Below, in pieces: positions 44,785 to 51,989 of a stretch of DNA of 64,000 nucleotides. The notes under the pieces were generated by a model. The model was not told the origin of the DNA, did no database searches, and saw only the letters and a program-made list of their open reading frames with translations. Numbering within the stretch: position 1 is the stretch's first letter; every line of letters starts with the position of its first letter. This stretch comes from an uncultured Anaerolinea sp. (GTDB lineage Bacteria > Chloroflexota > Anaerolineae > Anaerolineales > Anaerolineaceae). The stretch spans positions 303 to 64,302 of the forward strand of contig CAYXWV010000011.1 in assembly GCA_964468875.1 (NCBI GenBank), read 5' to 3'. A program made the translations under genes and the position numbers.

Positions 44785-47008
44785 CGGGCACCTGCCTTTC
44801 AAATTTCAGTGGTAACTCAATTGTAGCGGAGTGAGCCCATTGTTTCAAATCATCCACTTCAATGCCAAATGGATATAAAATGCTGGATGCCGCGCGGGCA
44901 AGCAGCTCGACATATTTTTCCACATCCAACAATGCGGGGTCAATCCTCTCCGGCACTTCCCACGGGCGCACATCCGGGTCGCCGCGCGTGTAGACGAAAC
45001 GCATCTTCTGCCCCGGGCGAATTCGTCTGCCGGTCTGCTGCAGCAGTTGAAATGCCGCTCTCACCGCCGGGGTTGGAGACTTGTATCCTTCCAACTCATG
45101 GGTGATACGTGAGGTGACCACCAACTTCTCCACCGGCACCCTGCCCTCCCGCACCGCTTTGAGCTCATTTTTGAAAATCGAGAAAGCTTCCGCCACCCTG
45201 GCAGGGAGCATTCCCATGGTATAAGCCTCAGCCAGCGTATCCAACATGCGGGTCTGCGTGTCGCCCACCCAGGGAGGCGTGTCGCGGCGGCGAACCTCAA
45301 TGCCGCGCACTTTCAACGATCCATCCTGAAAAACGCCGAAATAGCGGTTGGCGACCGGCACCCGGCTGTCTGCCCTCGAAGGCAAAAAAGCCACCCAACG
45401 GTAAACCCCGTCCAGTGAGATGCCCAGCCCGGTGCGATCCTGAATTTTCTCAAGCACTTCCTGAAAATCCTGTTTGGTGGTGGCGCCCTCTTTCTTGAGC
45501 CAGAGCGCGTCCACAAACAGGTGCAGCACTTCAAACCCCAGTGATTCGGCGGTTTCTTTGCCACGTAAAAGCACCTCGCGTCCGCCCCGGGTAACCGCCT
45601 CATGCGCCTCGATGCGTCCAAAGCGGGCATTTTTGTAGCCCAGGAAGCCAAAACATACCACCAGCAGCCATTTCAACGCCGAGGCACGCGCCTTGTCACG
45701 CTTGACAATCGGGTCATCCTTTGCCAGGTTTGCCTGATTCATCTTGAGTGCCACGCGCTTGTCGTAGAGGGGTTTCAAGGTTAGCGGCACCACCCCCAGT
45801 TCCTCACTTGCAGGGGTGATGCCGTCAGGCAGGGGCACCTCTGGAGAGATGTTGCCTTTGATGATGACCGCCGGGTACATGGAGATAAAATCCACCTGCC
45901 CCACGTTGGCATGCACCCCTACTATGGGCTGGTAGATCAACCCGCCGCGGTCGCGCTGAATGAGGTCCACGCCGTTTTTGAAAGCCTCCACCTGCTGCTT
46001 GTGCCACGGCACCAGAATCTGATGTTCCAGCGCGGTCAGCATCTGCATGGCGGAGATGCCCGACCCCGGAGAGACCCGCGCAGCACGTTCAATGGATTGG
46101 GCGGTGACACGAGCCGATTCAAGCACCCCATCCAGACCGTAATCCTTCCACATCATGGCGTTGCGCTGGTCAATATGACAGCGCCCAAACAGGTGCGCCT
46201 CCTCTGCACGATAAATGATCTGCCCGTAAGAGAAGTAGGTCAGTTCTTTTTGCCAGTGCACATCGCGCGAACGGTCGCGGTTTAGATGCAACTCCATGCC
46301 GGCTTCACCAGCCAGCCGCAAGAGGGTCGGGATGACCCAGTTGTCGCCCCACTGGGTAAGGATGAAATCGGGGTCAATCTGATCAAGCATTTCATTTAAA
46401 TGAGAGATCAGTTCGGCCGGGTGGTCAAGGCAAAGCGAGCGCTGGCGCTGCTGATATTTCACGCGCACGGTTTTGGGCGTGCCGCGGGTGGGATCGCAAT
46501 CCGGCTCGATCTGTAATTTGCGAAAAACCGGCAGCAGAGGCGCCAGATCCCAGCGGGTATTGAGCACACGCAGCGATTGAATGATGGAACGCTCATCCGT
46601 CTCGATATCGCAAAACGCCATCGGAAAGGTGCCGAATTGAGCCGAATGGCGGGTAGTCACCGCAATGTCAGAATCATAGTAGGTTAAATGCGGAAACTGG
46701 CGCTGCACCTCACGAAACAGGCGGGTCTGTCGCACCGGGTTGTCAATGACCGCCTGAAGCACCGGGATGGGCTCCGCGAGGAACACATCGCGGCGCATTT
46801 CGCGGCTGAGTGAAATGATTCCCTGTTGACGGCGCAGCATTTTCCACAAGGCGCGAAGCTGTTCAGGTTCGCCCGCCGCATAAAAGGTGACCGGCATGGG
46901 CTGGCGCAGGCAGAGTCGTTCGCCCTCTTCGGTTATGAACCACATACGCACGCCGTCTTCGGCGTCTTCGTAGAGATCAAGCATCCAGCCGCGGATTATC
47001 GCGCACAC
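44696..47008 (-). CDS. Family B DNA polymerase (Pol-epsilon-like motifs)
   Basis: Exo I FCDIETDE, motif A VDFISMYPAV, motif B KWLLVVCFGFLGYKNARFG, motif C LHLFVDALW. The GTG at 47008 abuts the upstream stop. The ATG at 46984 gives the MLDLYEDAEDG N-terminus typical of PolB. Confidence 0.85.
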   Translation of the reverse strand: MCAIIRGWMLDLYEDAEDGVRMWFITEEGERLCLRQPMPVTFYAAGEPEQLRALWKMLRRQQGIISLSREMRRDVFLAEPIPVLQAVIDNPVRQTRLFREVQRQFPHLTYYDSDIAVTTRHSAQFGTFPMAFCDIETDERSIIQSLRVLNTRWDLAPLLPVFRKLQIEPDCDPTRGTPKTVRVKYQQRQRSLCLDHPAELISHLNEMLDQIDPDFILTQWGDNWVIPTLLRLAGEAGMELHLNRDRSRDVHWQKELTYFSYGQIIYRAEEAHLFGRCHIDQRNAMMWKDYGLDGVLESARVTAQSIERAARVSPGSGISAMQMLTALEHQILVPWHKQQVEAFKNGVDLIQRDRGGLIYQPIVGVHANVGQVDFISMYPAVIIKGNISPEVPLPDGITPASEELGVVPLTLKPLYDKRVALKMNQANLAKDDPIVKRDKARASALKWLLVVCFGFLGYKNARFGRIEAHEAVTRGGREVLLRGKETAESLGFEVLHLFVDALWLKKEGATTKQDFQEVLEKIQDRTGLGISLDGVYRWVAFLPSRADSRVPVANRYFGVFQDGSLKVRGIEVRRRDTPPWVGDTQTRMLDTLAEAYTMGMLPARVAEAFSIFKNELKAVREGRVPVEKLVVTSRITHELEGYKSPTPAVRAAFQLLQQTGRRIRPGQKMRFVYTRGDPDVRPWEVPERIDPALLDVEKYVELLARAASSILYPFGIEVDDLKQWAHSATIELPLKFERQVPDVRPVFNHVRPGRNERFAGAGRSAVRTGS

Positions 47009-47419
47009 TTACGCACCTTCCTGCAAATCCACGTACACGGCCGGGCCGTTCTCGTCTGAAGGCAGATCAGGCGCGGCGGCTTCCTCCTCCGCTGCGGGTT
47101 CATCCTGAGTAACCAGTTCAAGCAGCGAGGTGATGCCGCGCACGGCGGGTCCATCCTGCACGGGCAGCACGCCGTTCTCTTCCAGTTTCAACTCCAGCGC
47201 CTTGACCTTCTTGTAAAGCTCAAGCAGCATTGAAACCAGGTAAATATCCATCGGGTAGAGATTGCTGGCATAAGAAGCTTCAGCCACATGAGAATGCGAA
47301 AGGGCGATCAGTTCTTCAATTAACACCTTGTCGCTCTTGCGCAGGGCGCGCGTGAAGCGGCTGAGCGCCTGCTCTTCTTCAACCCAGGTCTGCGTCGCAG
47401 ATTGAATTGTTCTACCCAT
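47009..47419 (-). CDS. Hypothetical 136-aa protein of the polymerase cassette
   Basis: Helical N-terminal part and an acidic, Ala/Pro-rich tail (DEPAAEEEAAAPDLPSDENG). Its start overlaps the upstream stop by 1 nt (TAATG). No family recognised. Confidence 0.5.
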   Translation of the reverse strand: MGRTIQSATQTWVEEEQALSRFTRALRKSDKVLIEELIALSHSHVAEASYASNLYPMDIYLVSMLLELYKKVKALELKLEENGVLPVQDGPAVRGITSLLELVTQDEPAAEEEAAAPDLPSDENGPAVYVDLQEGA

Positions 47420-48015
47420 TAACTCCTCCCGGTTTCTGCCAGACCGGCACCAGTAAATAAAGAAGGCTGAACCGCGTTTTCAGCGGGCGGCAGCAGCGAT
47501 GTTTCCTCCCAAATCTGGGTGGCCTGACGTTTCAACTGCGCCAGCAAAACCAGACGAGGGCTTGAAATGGAAAGCAAAGGTTTGGCACTGGCCACCACGG
47601 GCGCCACCCGGCTGGCGCTCTTGATGCAGCGCAGGGTCTTCTCAAAGATCATCAGACTCTCATCAAGCTGCACGCTTTCATCCATGAAGGTGCTCAACAG
47701 ATCAAGGATCAGCACCGGAACCCCCGCCTCGGGTACAAGCTTCTCAAGCAAGGAATGGACCTGATAACAGGTAAAGGCGCGTGAAAGGCGGATGTTCTTG
47801 AGCATGCCAGCCGGGTCCGCGGTCAAACCGCGCAGCGACTTGGCCACGTAATACATGTTGCTGCGATTGCCGCAGTCGAGGATGTAAAGAGGACCACGCA
47901 AGGCAAGACGGGCAGACAGGTCGAGCATGCGGGCGCCGCCGGCATGCGGGCCAAACACCACAAAGAGTTCATTGGGCAGCGGCAACACCAGTTCAGAAGT
48001 CAGGTTTTGTTCCAT
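47419..48015 (-). CDS. RecA-fold protein with degenerate Walker A (ImuA/SulA-like by analogy)
   Basis: LFVVFGPHAGGARMLDLSARLA aligns by eye with RecA [21 protein letters not shown], with the Lys-Thr pair replaced by Ala-Arg. VPVLILDLLSTF resembles Walker B. Confidence 0.5.
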   Translation of the reverse strand: MEQNLTSELVLPLPNELFVVFGPHAGGARMLDLSARLALRGPLYILDCGNRSNMYYVAKSLRGLTADPAGMLKNIRLSRAFTCYQVHSLLEKLVPEAGVPVLILDLLSTFMDESVQLDESLMIFEKTLRCIKSASRVAPVVASAKPLLSISSPRLVLLAQLKRQATQIWEETSLLPPAENAVQPSLFTGAGLAETGRS

Positions 48016-48021
48016 ATCTTA

Positions 48022-48049
48022 ATTATATAGAACATTTGTTCTTTGTCAA
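48022..48049 (-). promoter_or_regulatory. Consensus promoter with a LexA (Cheo-type) box in the spacer; leaderless geometry
   Basis: On the minus strand: TTGACA (48049-48044), a 16-nt spacer containing AGAACAAATGTTCT (48042-48029), then TATAAT (48027-48022), then 6 nt (TAAGAT), then the ATG at 48015. Confidence 0.6.
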
Positions 48050-48200
48050 GCGGTGTCAGAGCGGAGTGATTCGTATCCTTTTTGAGTTGGGAACGAAGAA
48101 AACGAATAATCAAGTTCAAAATATCGGCTTTTTTCTTTGGTTTTGATTCGTTTTGATTTTTATCCCCATCCTCCACAATTTAATCGAGAACTCTGGCGCC

Positions 48201-48229
48201 TTTATAGTTCTTTTGTTCTATTTTGTCAA
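48201..48229 (-). promoter_or_regulatory. Second, degenerate copy of the promoter/box module
   Basis: On the minus strand: TTGACA (48229-48224), a 17-nt spacer containing AGAACAAAAGAACT (half-palindrome only), then TATAAA (48206-48201). Confidence 0.3.
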
Positions 48230-48252
48230 GGGTGATTTATCCTTGATTTCGA

Positions 48253-49743
48253 TTATTTGAAATACTCTTGTTGAATAGCGCTTGTGATATCGTTCGGATT
48301 TGTGACCATTTTTTGCAAAAAGCTTTCCCAGGTCGCAACAGAAGATTGATGATGTGTTACGTAATCAGTGAGACCGTTAAAAAATGCCTCATCCCCCAGC
48401 GCATTCCGCAGTTTGTGCAGAAACGACGCCCCCTGAAGATAAACCGCGTTGATATAAGCTCGCAAATCAGACTTGTCGTAAATGGTCAAATTCACTTTTC
48501 CCGCCGGCTGGTATTCGGCGATGCGGTACTGCCACCACCAATCCGTCAGTTCAGTGTGATATCGTTCGATAAACAGGTATTCACTGTATGTCGCCAAGGC
48601 TTCATCGAGCCAGGGTTCCAATGCCTGATCGCTCCCGATCAGCCCAAACCACCATTGGTGAGCCGTTTCATGCACGGAAAGCAGCGACAAGTAGTTCTGA
48701 AAACTGCCGTCATACTGCTTAAAATAATAGCCACTCAGGTAATACAAGCCGTCATACTCCATTCCATCCGGGAATGCGCTCTCAACAATCGTCATGGTGT
48801 CATGCGGATAATGCAGCCCGAACTTCTCCCCAAAGTAAAGCAGCGCATTGCCCGTGTTCTCAACCGCTGCCCACCCGCTATCCGTATCATCCTTAAAAAT
48901 AAACGCCCGAACGGTGATACCCCCAAAATCTTTCTGCAGCACCTGGTATTGATCGCTGACTGAAAAGGTAAGATTTCGTGAACCCGGTTGAACCAATTGG
49001 TAGCGGTTCACAGCCAGCGGCACGGCTTCCGTGCTGCCTGCGACGATCAACCCCTGCGGGTTTACCAGTGTGAGATCCATGGAAAAATCAGCCAGATCGT
49101 AAACCAGATACTCCCCCACTTCAGCAGGGCTGTGAATGACCCAGCCATTCTCCTGATCAAAAGGAGGTACAAATGGATACCAATCGGAAAGATTCATTTG
49201 CTCAACCGTATAGCCCAAGATGCCACCGTTGATCTTCAAATCAAGTTGATATTTAAGAACCATTGTCAATTGATCGCCATGCGCAAGCACTGAAGGGAGT
49301 GTAATGATTAGCTGGACGTCCTCCAGGCGATAGAGGATGGGTTCATCCAGCCCATTAACTTGAAGTTCCGACAAATTGAAGACCCGCTTTTCATGATTTG
49401 GAGGGACAACCAGGCAGATTCCGGTCAGCGGGCTGCCGGTATCGTTTATATAATTAATGGTTTCGACCACATCAAGGGTATGCTTGTTATAATCAAGCAC
49501 AACCTGAAAGGAATACTGCTCCAGCTTTTTTTCACTGCCCAACTCAGGCTGACTTGTTGTCTCCGGTGTGAACGGCGTTGGAGAAACAGTTGCCGCAGCG
49601 GTATCTGTGATCAAATTAACAGTTGGAGAAGCCATGATCGAAATTGACGTGCTCTCCACGAATGGGATGCAGCCTGACAGGAACATGATCAAAGAGATTA
49701 TTGTGACTACGCGCAATATACAATTTTTATTTAACAAACTCAT
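48253..49743 (-). CDS. M1-family zinc metallopeptidase lipoprotein
   Basis: Lipobox LSGC, zinc site HETAHQWWFG, and the downstream Glu in WLDEALATYSEY. Confidence 0.8.
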   Translation of the reverse strand: MSLLNKNCILRVVTIISLIMFLSGCIPFVESTSISIMASPTVNLITDTAAATVSPTPFTPETTSQPELGSEKKLEQYSFQVVLDYNKHTLDVVETINYINDTGSPLTGICLVVPPNHEKRVFNLSELQVNGLDEPILYRLEDVQLIITLPSVLAHGDQLTMVLKYQLDLKINGGILGYTVEQMNLSDWYPFVPPFDQENGWVIHSPAEVGEYLVYDLADFSMDLTLVNPQGLIVAGSTEAVPLAVNRYQLVQPGSRNLTFSVSDQYQVLQKDFGGITVRAFIFKDDTDSGWAAVENTGNALLYFGEKFGLHYPHDTMTIVESAFPDGMEYDGLYYLSGYYFKQYDGSFQNYLSLLSVHETAHQWWFGLIGSDQALEPWLDEALATYSEYLFIERYHTELTDWWWQYRIAEYQPAGKVNLTIYDKSDLRAYINAVYLQGASFLHKLRNALGDEAFFNGLTDYVTHHQSSVATWESFLQKMVTNPNDITSAIQQEYFK

Positions 49744-49766
49744 GCCATCCTCGACATCGGATTCCC

Positions 49767-50732
49767 ATGCTTAATCATACCTCACCTGCTTTTGTGATCG
49801 GTTCAATTCCAATATTTGGCTGCATAATTTTAGCCCCGATGGACGGTTATACCGACGCGCCGTTTCGAGGCATTGCAAGGGAGTTTGGATCAGCCCTCTC
49901 CATTTCTGAATTTATCAACGGGATAGACGTAAAACAAGGCCACCCCCACTTGCGCAACAAACTCACTTTTTCAGAGATGGAACGACCTTTTGCCTACCAG
50001 ATTTTTGATGATAAGCCCGACCGGATGCTGTTTGCCGCCAAGAAGTTGATGGCAAACAACCCCGATTATATTGATATCAATATGGGCTGCTCGGCGCGTA
50101 ATGTTTCAAACCGCGGAGCGGGCGCCGGCTTGCTCAAACATCCGCGCAAGATTGCACAGATCGTCGAGGACCTGGTTAAAAACCTGCCTGTGCCGGTAAC
50201 TGCCAAGATCAGGCTGGGATGGGATGACCAATCGCTCAATTATCTTGAAGTGGCTCATATCATCCAGGAGAGCGGCGCGTCAGCCATTACCGTACACGGG
50301 CGCACGCGCAAGCAGGAGTATTCAGGCCAGGCGAACTGGCAAGCCATTGCCGAGGTCAAAAGCCAGCTTACGATACCGGTAATCGGCAACGGCGATGTTA
50401 AAAGCCTTGAAGACGCCGAACGTATGATGCGTGAAACAGGCTGCGACGCGGTAATGATTGGCAGGGCTGCCATCGGCAACCCGTGGGTATTTCAGGGCTC
50501 CCAACGAGAAGAACAGCCCACCAACGAATTGATGCGGGTGATCAAGCTGCATCTATCCGCGATTATCAAACAATACGGAGAACGCATTGGTGTCGTGCTT
50601 TTCAGAAAACACCTCACCCGATACCTGTTTGGCTACTTAACCTCCCCTGAAATCCGAAAAGAAATCTACTCACATACGTTTGAAGCGGATTTAATCCCTG
50701 CCATTGAAGAGTTATTAAAACAAAGACCCTGA
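49767..50732 (+). CDS. dus: tRNA-dihydrouridine synthase
   Basis: ILAPMDGYTDAPFR, DINMGC, TVHGRTR and the C-terminal helical domain are present. Confidence 0.9.
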   Translation: MLNHTSPAFVIGSIPIFGCIILAPMDGYTDAPFRGIAREFGSALSISEFINGIDVKQGHPHLRNKLTFSEMERPFAYQIFDDKPDRMLFAAKKLMANNPDYIDINMGCSARNVSNRGAGAGLLKHPRKIAQIVEDLVKNLPVPVTAKIRLGWDDQSLNYLEVAHIIQESGASAITVHGRTRKQEYSGQANWQAIAEVKSQLTIPVIGNGDVKSLEDAERMMRETGCDAVMIGRAAIGNPWVFQGSQREEQPTNELMRVIKLHLSAIIKQYGERIGVVLFRKHLTRYLFGYLTSPEIRKEIYSHTFEADLIPAIEELLKQRP

Positions 50733-50748
50733 ACAAAGGAGAACTGAC

Positions 50749-51444
50749 ATGAACAAACCAGATTATTTGAAAGAAGCGCCCTGCTCCATAACGATCTGCG
50801 ACACGGAAGGCATTGTGCTGGAGATGAACGATAAAAGCTCCAATACCTTCGCAAAGAACGGCGGCCGAGAGTTGATCGGCAAGTCAATCATGGGCTGCCA
50901 CAATCAAAAAGACCAGGATAAGATTTCCGGGATGATTGCCAAACAGGAAGTAAACGTTTATACCATCGAAAAAGAAGGCAAGAGGAAAATGATCTATCAA
51001 TGCCCGTGGTTTGAAGACGGCAAACTCGGCGGGTTGGTTGAAATTTCGATGGTAATTCCCGAAGTCATCCCACATTTTTCCCGCAACGCCGCTTTTATCT
51101 TCCACATCACCAGCCAGGCAAGATGGGCTCAAGCCCAAGAGAGAGGTTTTTTTCTTCCGGAAGCCTATGAACAGGATGGTTTCATTCACTGCTCCAAGAA
51201 AGAACAACTGGAATGCGTTGGTGAGCGCTATTATGCCGGTCAAAGCGGATTGATTTTACTGATGATTAAAGCCGATAAGGTCACCTCAAAAATCGTCTAT
51301 GAGAACCTGACCGGCGGCGACGATCTGTTCCCCCACATCTACGGACAACTATCTCTTGATGCCGTGGCATTCACGGGACCATTTGAACAAAACGCCGAAG
51401 GTAAATTCGAGCTTCCAAAGAAATGGGAACCCTTCAGCAAGTAA
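50749..51444 (+). CDS. PAS-like domain fused to DUF952
   Basis: The N-terminus ITICDTEGIVLEMNDKSSNTF...GKSIMGCHN is PAS-like. The C-terminus IFHITSQARW...DGFIHCS...LFPHIYGQLSLDAV is DUF952-like. Confidence 0.6.
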   Translation: MNKPDYLKEAPCSITICDTEGIVLEMNDKSSNTFAKNGGRELIGKSIMGCHNQKDQDKISGMIAKQEVNVYTIEKEGKRKMIYQCPWFEDGKLGGLVEISMVIPEVIPHFSRNAAFIFHITSQARWAQAQERGFFLPEAYEQDGFIHCSKKEQLECVGERYYAGQSGLILLMIKADKVTSKIVYENLTGGDDLFPHIYGQLSLDAVAFTGPFEQNAEGKFELPKKWEPFSK

Positions 51445-51504
51445 GTTGAAACCTGTTTCCCTTTTCTGCGTATATGATCATGAATCAATAAACGCGAGGA
51501 AAAA

Positions 51505-51768
51505 ATGGAAACCGAGAATACGGATCAACGAAAATACGAAGAATTCAAAGTGGACGGCGACAGCCTGCTTTCGAAGATCAAAGAGATCATTCACGAAGGC
51601 AACGTGCGCCGCATCATCATCAAAGATGATAAAGGCAACACCTACATTGAGATTCCGCTGACAGTGGGCATTGTCGGCGTGGTACTGCTGCCTGTATGGG
51701 CAGCCATTGGCGCCATCGCCGCACTGGCCGCCAACTTCACCATCTTGGTGGAACGCGCAGTCGAGTAA
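51505..51768 (+). CDS. DUF4342-like small membrane-anchored protein
   Basis: EEFKVDGDSLLSKIKEIIHEGNVRRIIIKDDKGNTYIEIPLTVG followed by a hydrophobic tail. Confidence 0.6.
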   Translation: METENTDQRKYEEFKVDGDSLLSKIKEIIHEGNVRRIIIKDDKGNTYIEIPLTVGIVGVVLLPVWAAIGAIAALAANFTILVERAVE

Positions 51769-51813
51769 ATATAACGGGCGAACCGCCGAATCTCTGGTAA
51801 AATAAAGCGGTTC

Positions 51814-51885
51814 GTCCCCGTAGCGCAATGGATAGCGTAACGGCCTCCGAAGCCGTTGGTGTGGGTTCGAGTCCCACCGGGGACA
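51814..51885 (+). tRNA. tRNA-Arg (anticodon CCG)
   Basis: 72-nt cloverleaf folded by hand. Acceptor stem GTCCCCG/CGGGGAC, D arm GCGC-AATGGATA-GCGT, anticodon arm ACGGC-CTCCGAA-GCCGT, and T arm GTGGG-TTCGAGT-CCCAC. No CCA is encoded. Confidence 0.9.
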
Positions 51886-51989
51886 CCTTCTCTCGGTTTA
51901 TTCCATGCAAAAACCGCTCAACGCTGCGGCTTTTTTTATTATCAAAGATGTGATTATGATATATGATTATTACCAGAGGGTAATCAATC

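Noticed and set aside
44308-46285. Several plus- and minus-strand ORFs inside the PolB and SRAP genes (44308-44712, 44869-45105, 45313-45651, 45911-46285 and others)
   Set aside because: They are alternative-frame or antisense ORFs in about 60% GC DNA where stop codons are rare. None has recognisable motifs, whereas the PolB and SRAP frames do.
48120-48150. ATATCGGC followed by a T-rich tract, checked as a fifth sigma-28 promoter on the minus strand
   Set aside because: There is no TWAAG-like -35 element at the N14 position.
48100-48170. Possible 18-codon ORF on the minus strand (MGIKIKTNQNQRKKADIL) in the cassette's upstream region
   Set aside because: The GGAGG directly abuts the ATG with zero spacing, and I cannot judge any conservation, so it is too weak to call.
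48268-48963. 231-aa plus-strand ORF; similar long ORFs at 48988-49293 and 49360-49647
   Set aside because: It lies antisense to the well-supported M1 peptidase gene in GC-rich DNA. The sequence is low-complexity and Arg/Pro/Gln-rich with no motifs, which is typical of shadow ORFs.
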